NCBI GenBank assembly: GCA_051294905.1
Contig: CM119372.1
Span: 20,834,001-20,898,000, forward strand
Length of the DNA stretch: 64,000 nt
Reading direction: 5' to 3'
From: Botryllus schlosseri
Lineage: Eukaryota
Shown here: positions 1 through 11,811 of the stretch, one piece after another
How positions within the stretch are numbered: the first letter of the stretch is position 1
Layout of the letters: each line of letters starts with the position of its first letter
Notes under the pieces: model-generated
Database searches by the model: none
Told to the model about the DNA's origin: nothing
The model's input: the letters and a program-made list of their open reading frames with translations, nothing else
Translations under genes and position numbers: made by a program

Positions 1-835
1 GTGTATATATCTTCAAGTCGAGTAATAGGAGTACCGTCTGTTATGGCATGGCATCTGGCAACAGTAATGATGACTTGTGGGTTCAAAATTGTATCTTTTT
101 TGCGGCCGCTAGGAAACCAGTTACACCCCATCCTGTATGATTTGGTATGTCTGGACCATGGCTATTTCGTAGCGCTTGTGGGGGTCGATCACATGACAGA
201 GCTGTCGTTCCATGACTATTAGTAGACTTGTCCGATATGTTTTTCAAGGCTGAACTATGATCATGAACACTGAACAATCAGTTCTTCGAGGCTTTAGCAG
301 TAGAAATACAAAATAATAATAATAAATAATTAATAATAATAATAAATAATAAATAAATAGATAGCCCTGCCCATAAAGCTGTTTCGGAACTGGATTGTAC
401 GTTCAGTTCTGTAAATCCCGTCTGAAACACTTGCTGGATTAGAAAGTTTCGTTAGTCAGCATGCTAGACTTCTGCAAAGCAATGGCGTCTACTGAATTGT
501 GAATCTCCTATATACAGTGTGTTTGGTAGATTTCTTATTTAGATTCTCAGGGTGACATTGACATGTGAAATTGTGAATAGCTGGTCATTCTGAAGAGAGC
601 TTTCGATCCGGCACTGATGTTTTGTTGCGTCTACTTTCAGTAAGCGAAAGATGTTTTCATGGACGTATGCCCGCAAAAAGTAATACTTTCGAGAAATGTA
701 TCATTGACAAGTTTGAACTGCGAATGTGTTGCAGATTTCTCTTTTTAGCGAATCCTGCTTGTAGCCGACTTACACCACGAGACGCTGTCGACGTATGAAT
801 TTCATGAGCGGTTTTTTATTCCTCTTCCTGTGCAG

Positions 836-2153
836 GAGCGTGCAAACGTCGCCAATTTCCCGGGACATTCGGGACCGATCACGGACATCGCGTTCTCTGA
901 AAATGGATACTACCTGGCGACGGCGGCGGACGATTCGATGGTCAAGCTTTGGGATTTGAGGAAATTGAGGAATTTCAAAACCCTCACCATGGACGATAGA
1001 CACGAGGTACAAGCTGGTTTGAAATGGGATGTTCATTTCAGGAAATGCATTCATACTTAATGCGGTCAATCCTGATTTGATGTTTTTATCCTCTGCAGCT
1101 ACACAGAATTTATATTCCGCTCAATTACAAGTAGAAGTAGTCATTTCAGAGGCATGTTCAAACTTCTTCAAGTAGAAGCGGAAAATGCAGGTTTCAAAAA
1201 CTAAAGTAGGTTCGAAGAGTAAATTCGGTTGAGGGGTCGTGTGACTGCTGTGACGCTACAAATAATTACAAATATATTCATATTCATGATATGGCAACTG
1301 TAATTGTTTCACTCTTATATCCCAAAACATTCTAGCGTATTAGATCCAAAGTGTTGTAAGCAAAAGTTGTAGCAGTCTGAGAACTTGACCGCCGGGGTAG
1401 GCAGTTCAAGTGGGTAATCTTACTTGGGTACCAGATGTGGTCAAAGTAGTTCTTGTTGGTATTAGAGTAGAAGTAGCAATTTTCAAGTATGTAATTCAAT
1501 AATAATATTTTTCGACTATTTGTCTAGAAAACTGAAGTACTGGAAAACTGAAGTAGAATTGGAAGTAATCTAAAATCTTAATTACTTGAGTTAGCATTGC
1601 AAAAGACAAAAGCTACTCGAGTACTCCAAAAAGTAGACGCACTTGGTTGCTGACGCTCACCACCTCTGAGTAGAATTATGGCGATCTAAATTCTACACGA
1701 GCAGAATACGGTAGCGATTTTCGAGTAAGTAGAAAACGTGAAAATGCATTTTAGGCCTAATTTTGTTAAAAAAAACTGAAGTGTGAAGTAGAAATGAAAA
1801 TATTCTTGATAATAACCACTTGAGTGAGTAGTGCAAGTTCGCAAAACCTGCAAGAAAAGTAGAGTACCTCGCTGCCGATGGCATTGTCCAGCACTCTGAA
1901 AAAATAGAGGTTCTTTGTTACTGAACGCCCTTTGGAACCGTTTCAGATCAAGTCTCTGACTTTCGACAAGTCCGGCTCGTACCTGGCGGTCGCTGGCTCG
2001 GACGTGCAGGTCTACCTGTGCAAGCAGTGGCAGGAGCTGAAAACCTTCAAGGAGCACGGCGGGCTCGCTATGGGCGTGCGGTTCGGCGAGAACGCCAGCT
2101 TCCTGGCGTCGTGCAGCATGGACCGCACTCTGAAATACTACGGGTCCGCTTGA
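836..2153 (+). CDS. PRPF19: Pre-mRNA-processing factor 19 (WD40 C-terminus), last two coding exons; 5' part lies upstream of the window
   Basis: Exons 836-1006 ([49 protein letters not shown]) and 1947-2153 ([65 protein letters not shown]). Canonical AG/GT boundaries; recognisable Prp19 WD40 repeats. Confidence 0.93.
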
Positions 2154-2894
2154 GGACGGAGACTTGATCTTTTACTGGCTCTTTTTTATGATGGCATGCG
2201 ACTTTGTCGCTGTTCAAATTGCGCAGTCACAATCTTGTGTTCTCGCGGTGATGCCGTTTCTGGAATCCCTCAGTCCTGTTTGGGCAGCGGGTTGATCGCG
2301 ACATGAGCTTGAGCATATTATAGCTGCCATGAATCACTTTTTGAGTAAAACTTCGCCGAGATCGCTTTTGGGAGTTATTTTGACCTGATTGTTGTGGTTG
2401 TTGGTGGTTCGCAGGGCTGTGCGGTTGGTTCCCTTAACTGTTGACCCCAAGGCCAGGCATTTTCAATTTATGAACATTCCAGCCGATTTTACTGGAAAAT
2501 CGTGTATTGCAATCATGTTCTTTCGGAGTTCAGCACGATGAAGAGCAGCCTTCCGGATAGATGCCAATTTATCACGCCTTAAACATAACGGTAGTCGTGT
2601 GTCGCCGGATAGATAAATAGATACATTTATTTGTCACACCAGTGAAAATCCCGTACGAGCCAGGATGACGACAAGAGACAGGGATCAGACTAAGGGCTGA
2701 CTAATCGTCTAGTAGCGCTCTGCAGACCTAGGCCTACCTACTAAGGACAGTACGAACGTGAAAGGTTCGGGCTCGTAAGAAAACGAGCTTTTATACGAAG
2801 TTCTCTGTGAGCAGGAACGAAATGCCAGTTCTAAACACTGTCAATTTATTCAATACGTGACGGACCAAGGGATTATCTTGAGTTGCAACTAGGG

Positions 2895-5359
2895 TAGGGC
2901 TACCATATTTTTGTGAAGCAAATTCCGGACGCTCATCAGCGCCCACTAGCGGATTTTAAAATGGAGGTGTACCACTTTGACCGTAAATATGACGTCACAC
3001 TAACAAAGCATTGCTCATCGATTGTATACACCAGGGGCGTCCAACCTTTTAGGCCAAAGGGCCGCGTGACATTTACGAACCACGGGCCACTTGATGTTAA
3101 TAACCGTTTGTTAGATCACGGCGAAAACAATACTTATATTACTACGCGCCAAAATCGATTACAATTGTGTCATGAAAAGTCAGTGTGCAGTGCACTCAGG
3201 TCCCAACAGAAGTTTATAAACGTATTCGCATGGTTGTAACCAATACAAGGTTTATAAACGTATTCCTGTATTCGGTCAATAATAATGTCACTTGCATATA
3301 TTGCGGGTCGAATCTATACACCGCTAAGCTCATTTGGCAAGGACTGATTAATCGGTTCTTGGGCATATTAATATCGAATATTTCGGGCTTCGGCAAATAT
3401 GCGTCTAGCATTTTGCGCAAAGGTTTTATAGCCCACAATCTTTCTGCCATTGCAGACTAGAACATGTTGGACAACACGTTCTCTCATAATTTCGAACATG
3501 GTCAGACTCAATTCTGTAAATTGGGCGTATTTTTAAATTTTCATCTTCAGGGGGGTACCAATACTAAAACAAAGAAATCGAGTGACCATAAATAGCGTGG
3601 TCAGGCTAATCAAATTTTTAGTTGGCCTTGCCAGTTCACAATAAATTATATGGCTAATTAATTTTTTCTGTTATAACTAATTTCGAGAATTACGTCGCGA
3701 GCCACTCAAAACCTTCTCGCGGCCAGATTTGGCCCGCCGACCTCGGGGTGGCCGCCCCTGGTATATACTATACAGGAATGGAGTGGAACATAGGTCATGA
3801 ATTGGGTCATCTGTAATGTGAGCTCTGGTGATTTCTACTTGCTAGGGTCTGCGATAGATTCCTCCACGGTCCGGGTGAAATCATCTGGCGGGCCGTGTCT
3901 GGCCTGGCAGGATTGTGTTCGACAGCCCTGCTATACTGTTAGGCCGGTGCGGCTATCTGTTTATGTGTTTTAATCAGATCCTGAACAACATTTTTTCAGT
4001 CCCCTTCTGCCCAAAAAAACACTGATATTGGGCCCACCATAGGGTAGTCGATGTAAATTGTCAGGCACTTACTATATGCATTATGCTGTTGAATTTTATG
4101 TTTGAATTCTGTCAATAATATTGATTTTTCCATATTAGGCTACTATAAAATGCACCAGCAAGTTGCACATCCGGTGATCTCTAACCTTTCATGGTCGCGA
4201 CCTCATTTCCCACTTGAAAATATCCCGTGGCAAAGCTCAAAACTTGATAAACTGATTACTAGGGATGGTGTGAACCTCTGAAAGGTTCAGGTTCGTGTGA
4301 ACGCGAACCTTTTTGAAAGGTTCTGTGCGAACGCGAATGTGAACCTCATGACGTCACGTGACGTCATATTGCTAATTCCAACTTTACATTTCAGTGAAGT
4401 GATAGGCTTGCGATACCTAGAGACCACTCGGGCCACATAATCTAGGCTTACCATATTTCAGCAACCCAAATTCCGGACACTCTTTAGCGCCCACTAGTGG
4501 ATTTAAAAATGAGTTATGACGTCACGCTAGCAAAGCTTTGCTCGTAGACCAGAGGTGGTCACGATCCGATTCAGGAGTATGTGACTGTGTGTTGTGTAAC
4601 CGGGACCGAAAGCACATGTTTTCAGCCCCTTCTCGCCCAAATAAACAATGATTTTGAGCCCACACTATAGGGTAATCGATGCAACTTCTGGGGGGGGGGG
4701 AGCTTTTGCTATAGGAATCTGGTTTCTATATGCATCTGGGTGTGAAATTATTTGAATGAATTCTGTCAATAATATTGGTCGTTCCATATATTACTACTAT
4801 ACTCTTCGCCCACATGATCAGATCCAATTTGAAAATGTACCGTGGCCCAGATCAAAATTTGACGAGCTGATTACTAAAAGAAGTCAGCACCTTTGCCCAG
4901 ACTTACTCACGGGCTATTTTGGAAGCTGATTACGTTCAACATATTCGCAAACCCCACAATAAAGGCATACGAACCCCCCCCCCCCCCCGTTTCGACCACT
5001 ATCTTTGAATAAAGCACTTAAACGGCCTAAACGATCTCTAAGAATATACTTTTCTCCTATAATTGCGATTAGGCTTATTCCAGCAAATAAAGGTATATAT
5101 ATTTTGTGGCAGTTTTTGCGAGGGTGGTAGTCTCCATATTAAATTCAATAAATGTGATAGTAAATCGCGCGCAGCGCGAAGAAAAATATCATGCATCAGC
5201 ATAAATATTCCAAAACATATTGTTTTTATACTGATTTACGAAAAAAATTATCGTCAAAATTCCGGACATTTGGCATATTTTAGAAATTCCTCCCGGACGC
5301 TAGATTGAACAGTGAAATTCCAGACATGTCCGGGAAATTCCGGACGTTTGGCAACCCTA
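2895..5359. mobile_element. Non-autonomous hAT-type element (TAGGG[C/T]TACCAT...GGCAACCCTA family), composite
   Basis: TSD AACTAGGG at 2887-2894 and 5360-5367. Same family as 43087-45510. Contains a second left end near 4443 and a CAGGGG MITE. Confidence 0.8.
3032..3760. mobile_element. CAGGGG-ended (Charlie/MER-like) hAT MITE
   Basis: TIR CAGGGGCGTCCA...GGCCGCCCCTG with GGCC-rich subterminal motifs; flanks GTATACAC/GTATATAC (7/8 TSD). Confidence 0.7.
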
Positions 5360-5410
5360 AACTAGGGTTAGTTCGGATATCAATAATTTTTACTATCCGG
5401 ATAACGGGTG

Positions 5411-7144
5411 TAGGGTGGAGTGAAAATTACTTTTTTTTTCAAATCGAAAAACGGGCTTCCTCAATCCTGACAAATGCCCTGAAACTTCAATGACAAGTGA
5501 CTTCAGGGTATTACCCCCATTTCCCAGCCGGCAACCCCCCAATTTCTGCGCGTGGGGGGGGGTAAAATGGCCCATCTCGGCAACCGCTTGTCGTAGAGTC
5601 ATGATATATAGCTCAAAATCTGTGGAAGCATCATGTTTCTATCTGTCTTAAGAAGAAAGTTTTCTCTATTGTGAATACAAAATGAGTTATAGCCAAAAAA
5701 CAATATATACACACATTTTTGTTGAAATTCAGCATTTATTCTGACGAATTGTGATCCGTCATCAGTTTTTTTTGAAAAGAAAAGTAACACTCTGACAATA
5801 CCGAATATTGGGCCCATAATAGACACATATTCACAACACAGTCCTTTTAAAATCGGTTCAAAACATCAAAATGAAACACTCACATATTTAACGACTTATT
5901 GAAAATGCATTTTTGTGTCAAATTTTTTCATCAGTTTACGAGACTTAGTTTTTTGGCGAATGAGTCCATCTCGTCTTTCAAATCCCGAAACTTGTTCTGA
6001 TGCTTCTGTTACGAGCTTTACATGTCGTTCCACTGTTTGATTGTGGCATGGATGAAACAAAATCAGAGGCTTCTCGCGGCATTCTTCTAACTCTTCATCA
6101 GTTACGTGCTCAATCGCTGGAGGAAGTTGTTGATAAGGTTCAATACAACCAACTCGTGGTATGCCTTTGCTTCCAAGTTCAACTTTGGGACACATAATAA
6201 ACGAATAGGACCGCAGTTCAATTGGTTGGAACTGCTATGACATACGTGCCATAAGTGAATTTTGTTCAGCGGCATGTTTTCGAATTCACTTATGGCACGT
6301 ATGTCATAGCAGTTCCAACCAATTGAACTTCGCTCCTATTCGTTTATTCTGTGTCCCAAAGTGGAACTTGGAAGCAAAGGCATACCACGAGTTGGTTGAT
6401 ATTGAACCTTATCAACAACTTCCTCCAGCGATTGAGCACTTAACTGATGCAGAGTTGGAAGAATGCCGCGTGAAGCCTCTGATTTTGTTTCATCCATGCC
6501 ACAATCAAACAGTGGAACGACATGTAAAGCTCGTAATAGAAGCATCAGCACAAGTTTCTGGATTTGAAAGACGAGATGGCCTCTCATTAGCCAAAAAATT
6601 AAGTCTCGTAAACTGACGAAAAAATTTGACACAAAAATGCATTTTCAATAAGTCGTTAAATGTGAGTGTTTCATTATGATGTTTTGAACCGATTTTAAAA
6701 GGACTGTGTTGTGAATATATTTGTATTATGAGCCCAATATTCGGTATTGTCAGTGTGTTACTTTTCTTTTCAAAAAAACTGATGACGGATCACAATTCGT
6801 CAGAATAAATGCTGAATTTCAACAAAAATGTGTGTATATATTGTTTTTTTTGGCTGTAACTCATTTTGTGTTCACAATAGAGAAAACTTTCTTCTTAAGA
6901 CAGATATAAACATGATACTTCCGCAGATTTTGAGCTATATATCATGACTCTACGACAAGCGGTTGCCGAGATGGGCCATTTTACCCCCCCCCCCCCCTCC
7001 CACGCGCAGAAATTGGGGGGTTGCCGGCTGGAAAATGGGGGTAATACCGTGAAGTCACTCTTTATTGAAGTTTTAGGTCATTTGTCAGGATTGTGGAAGC
7101 CCTTTTTTCGATTTGAAAAAAAAGTCATTTTCACTCCATCCGTA
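5411..7144. mobile_element. Palindromic (fold-back) element made of two 3' ends of a hAT (hATm-like) transposon
   Basis: Arms 5411-6261 and 6283-7144 are diverged inverted copies around a 21-nt spacer. Each carries an outward-reading transposase C-terminus (HPCHNQTVERHVKLVTEAS...RRDGLIR; ORFs 5896-6195 - and 6323-6616 +). Terminus TAGGGTGGAGTG. No clear TSD. Confidence 0.75.
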
Positions 7145-7325
7145 TATTTGGAATTTAGCTAACCGATATCCGGATAATCCAACCCTAGTTGCAACATCAG
7201 TGACGTTCGATAATGCAATGGTGCCTTTGTCTTCGCCCCTGTCTATATAGGACAGGGGTGGACAACCTTTTTGCTATTCACGGCCTCATTTCGATTACTT
7301 ATGTAGCATACGCCCGCATTCCAGG

Positions 7326-8195
7326 CAGTGATGGGATCAGGTCACTACCTTCGAGTCACGAGTCATTGCATATTTTGATTCGAGTCAAGTCAATCGATTT
7401 TCGAAGGTGACTCGAGTCAAGTCAAATCACTCGATTTTTGGAGGTGACTCGAGTCAAGTCAAGTCAAGTTGCCTTTTCGAAGTATGAAGGATGGTTACGT
7501 CATTACATTTCGCCAGCTATCTGAATTGCAGATTGATTAGTCATTGATTCTGAACCGACGAACGAATATCGAGTTAAATATACATGCAATACGGGGTTGT
7601 ATCGCTTACAGATCCGTAGAACTGTTAAACTGCGTAAGTTATTACATAGCCTCAGTTTATAGTTACCAGCCAGAATAAAGAAACGAATTGATAAGATGCA
7701 ATACATTACCCATTTATACATATTAATATGATACAATTCGAGTCTGAGTATATAGCCTAAACTATATTCGAATTAAATTTCAAAATAAAACAAAAGGTTC
7801 GGTTAAGGTAACAACAGAGAACAGAAAGAGATATTTTGGTATTAAACTACTTAACTACTAGTTTACGACAACGTAAGCTGTAAGCTTCGATCGCTTCGTC
7901 TGTGGTCAATATATTTGTGAGAGAATAATGCAGGCTCAGTAAAACGCACGATCATTGAATGATTGGTCGCTCTCACGGGTTACGCCAGCGATTTACGAAC
8001 AATAATCCGAACATGCAAGATACAGTGATTTTTCTCGACGCCGATTACTTGATGACTTGAAATTGACTCGTGAATTTTGCTCCGAGTCACGAGCCAATCC
8101 ACATTTCTGATACGCCGAGTCAAGTCAAGTCAAAGCAAAATGACTCGAGTCAAGTCAAGTCCTACAAAAAGGTGACTCGAGTCATCCCAACACTG
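7326..8195. mobile_element. GAGTC/AAGTC-rich hAT MITE
   Basis: TIR CAGTG(A/T)TGGGAT...ATCCCAACACTG; perfect TSD ATTCCAGG at 7318-7325 and 8196-8203. Sibling copy at 40268-43066. Confidence 0.85.
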
Positions 8196-9452
8196 ATTCC
8201 AGGACATAGCCGCGATGAACTGACTGGACGCCAAATATCCATGTCAAACTATACCCATGTCCATTATCGGTAAACTCCGAACTAAACTATTTTGTCATAT
8301 CGCCTTACTACACTAATCGAAATTTCTATCAAATATGTATCGTTTCTCAGCTCATGCGATCAAATTTATCGGTAGAATTGATAGAGGGAGTTTAGAAAAT
8401 TCAGGTCAAGTTTTAAATGATGTAGATGACGCATATTCGGGTGAGCCAACTGTTATTAGTCACTTTGTTGCATGCTGCTATATTTTGACCTCCCAACAGG
8501 ATGTCGGTATAGTGATAAGATATTGGAATCTCCCAAACGTACCAGAAACAAATTTATTTCGTGAGGAGCACACGATTCCGATAGGCCTACGTGGTGGATC
8601 ATTTCCCTCCGGTTTTTGCATTTGTATTCTGGGGCTCAGATTGCAAAAGCCGCTACTATATTAAAATCGAGAAATGATGTCGAATTGAAGCGCGCACAGC
8701 GCGAAGAAAATTTTAAGATCATGCAATTAAATCTCTCAAAGACTAATTAATCTCTCAAAAATTCGGAAGTCAATTCGTCAACTCAATTTTCATGTCGACG
8801 GCGGCCAAAACATACTTATTGAATTACGAGTCCACGGCCGCACAAATTTCCTTCTACGGCGACTCCAGATATAGGATGTAGAGAAGCAGTAAGCTATCAG
8901 AGCCTACCTTTGATGCGATTTGTATAATGCCGCTTCGAATTTGTCATATAGCAAAATCTTACGATAAATTCGAATAGATCCGAGGTCATATTCCATTATT
9001 CAAAACCAAAATACCGACATGTCAAAGCGTAGTGGTGAGTGTTGACGACACTTACGCTGGCGGGCCTGGTTAAATTCCCACCGTCGGAGGTTTATCTGGG
9101 ATCGTCTGCCAACGTCGCCGTTCTTACGACGACAAAAATCCCAGAGTAAGAGCTATGATGTCGAACGTTGCACACTGCACACTCCTAGACTTAAGTTCCC
9201 AAACGGTTTCATACGATATTAAGTTGTAGTTTTTTCATAATTGCTAATACGGTTGGACTCGGTCTGTACATTAGTCATATTATTTGGGGGTACTGCCCCC
9301 AAAGACTATGTTTTATGTAGCTTTACGAAATACGTTTGGGTAGCCTATACGAGCTTCGTACATTTTAAGAACTTCTGTTTCACTTTTTGCTAAAACACGG
9401 TTATGATATGACGTTCGTGTCATATCAGGGCAAGCGTGCCGGGGGTTACCGG

Positions 9453-9792
9453 TAGTGAGGAGCATGGACCGGAGCCGGATTGGATATCCGATCGTATTTT
9501 TTCAATTTTGGCCGGGCCGGATCGGAGCCGGACTTTTTTGATAAGGCCAGAATCTTTATGGATAAGCATGACGTTTGTAACTAAATCACCACCAACCAAC
9601 CACACGCAAGTAGTCGCCAGTGCGAGAAGAAACGAGCCATATTTTCGGATTCACGGAACCACTGTACCGTGTTGGGACGGATTTCTGGCAGGTCTTATTC
9701 ATTTTTGACCGGATCCGGATCGGAGTCGGATCAGAGAATTGGCAAACCGGATCGGAGTCGGACCAGATAATTTGTAGATCCGCTCCGCACTA
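9453..9792. mobile_element. CCGGA-rich MITE
   Basis: Ends TAGTGAGGAGC...GCTCCGCACTA with many CCGGAT/ATCCGG motifs; GTTACCG occurs near both flanks. Confidence 0.6.
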
Positions 9793-9918
9793 TAGTTACC
9801 GACCCCCGATATACAGAAATTGACTATAACTTTTCATAGAAACAAACAATAATAACTGTCTATTTGACATATTCAGAGCCGCAAGAAGGGTAGCTTGGAG
9901 CTGCGGTTGGGAATCACT

Positions 9919-10042
9919 GGTGGGTGTCTGATTCCATAGACTACTCCGAGTCGCTTCGACATCTTCCTATCTTTTCATTGTATAGCATTTTGTGGTGTAT
10001 TGAACTGATAAAATTGCTAATAAACCAATGATGATGATGATG
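9919..10042 (+). mobile_element. Severely 5'-truncated copy of the CR1/L2-type LINE (3' tail only)
   Basis: Near-identical to ~59166-59283 (GGTGGGTGTC...GCTTCGACATCTTCCT...AATAAACCA) and ends in (ATG)n. Confidence 0.85.
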
Positions 10043-11811
10043 TCACTGCTCTCGACAGTCGAGGCTCGCATACCGAACACGAACGAGTACCGATATTCGC
10101 ACCATCCCTACTATACCTACGCCTGTTCAGCTACTATTGTATCGTACGATAGCGTTAGTAGGCCTGAGTTCCTTGTGATAAGCTCGCGGTCAAAATATTT
10201 CCAATACCAAGTGGACTACCGAGCTAAGAAAAGATATTTACAGTGCTGGGAGTCTTCAGATAACCGACTGATCTATGCGCGATTTGCAATTTGTGGATGT
10301 GGCATTGCATTCGGCGTCAGTTCATATGAAGGATAAATTGATGAGTTTACATTAACATTGCATTCATACATTGAGATATAGGCCTACTGAGTGATGCGTT
10401 AATCCGTTTTCTGGCGGATATCTGAGAGCGATAAGATAAGATAGCTGAAGCACCGGCGTAGTTTCAGTACTGTTACTACGGAAAACGAAATAGTTCTGCA
10501 ATATAGTTGCATTATGATTGGATTGTTCCCCATAATAAAAATGCGTATAAGTTCGAGAACATTTACTTTACCAAAGACTGCGAAGGGAAATTACTCACAG
10601 AGCGTTACAATATCTTATCATTTGTAACTCTTTTAGTCGCTATTAGGTCTCGCGCGGCAAGCAAAAGACCTCTTGCTCTGCAATCAGATCCGTAGGGAAT
10701 AGAACCAGAGTATAGTCTATCTGCACATGTGCAGATATCTTGGACGTAATTATTCATCGCGTGAAGCGATCCGGGTGAGATTGTAAAGATGACTATAGTT
10801 ATGACTTTTGAGGAGACGGTATTGTGAATTGTGTTGTGAAGCTTGGGTATTGGTTCAACTTCTTCATTGACTTACAGTACGCAAAAACAATATTATGTTA
10901 GCGCGTAATCTTTTGGGAACTATAGCGCCCATAATACGTTAGTTTGTTTTTGTTTTCTATTAATTCATGCATAGCACCGGCATAACTGAAATCTACGTTT
11001 TGTGCCACTACATATAGTATTTTGGTATCATTTCCTACATGTGGACTCAATGCCGAGAGATACAGAGGGTTGTAACAGTATAATCTTCAAGCTGAGAAAG
11101 TTTTAAGAGCAGCGAAATCTGAATTGAAAATGGTCTATACAAGAGATGGATAGAGCATGTGAATTGTCAAAACTTTTGTAGGCGAAATGTTGGTACCCGT
11201 TACCTAATGTGTCGCGATAAGGGCTGGGCTAAATCCAGTAACTGGGTGACTCGGTTCTGATTCGAGTATCACTCATTATGATGTCATAACAGTATAAATG
11301 ATGATTGATGACGAAAGTTCAAACGTGTACCGGGGCCTACAATATCGATATCGTATCGTGCCGATATCGTAGGCCCCGCATGTACGTCTTTTTGCAACCA
11401 CTAAGAATGCGGTGGCAGTTCTACATCATATCAAAGCTAAGTTCGGCACCATACCTATTTCATTGCACTTTGTGACAATGATGTGGGTTGATCCGGAGGT
11501 TACAGAAATGTCATTTCCGCTGACGTGCGTAGCTTTGTTCTACATGTCTCGTAAGCAGCGATACGATCAATCGAGGTTTGAAAATTCTCGATTTGATTCA
11601 GATTCCAATACTCGGAACATTCTGCCTGGCCCTAGTCGCAATGACTAAACTTGAGTAACTATATATTGCTAACATGACGAATTTCGCAGGAATGTGACTG
11701 CGCCATACAGAACAGTGAACACCATAGCGCGACGCTAGTATCTCACCGATATAGAGTCATTTATTTCACGTCACATTGTGTTGATTCGGTATTCGTTCGG
11801 GTTACCATACT

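Larger units (their letters stand above)
2890..7187. mobile_element. Outer TAGGG-ended MITE (hAT-type) hosting nested insertions
   Basis: Left end TAGGG|TTAGTTCGGATATC is split by the 2895-5359 insertion; right end GATATCCGGATAATCCAACCCTA. 8-bp TSD GTTGCAAC at 2882-2889 and 7188-7195. Confidence 0.75.

Noticed and set aside
9020..9095. tRNA/SINE-like A-box and B-box (TAGTGGTGAG...GGTTAAATTCC)
   Set aside because: No convincing cloverleaf, tail or second copy in the window.
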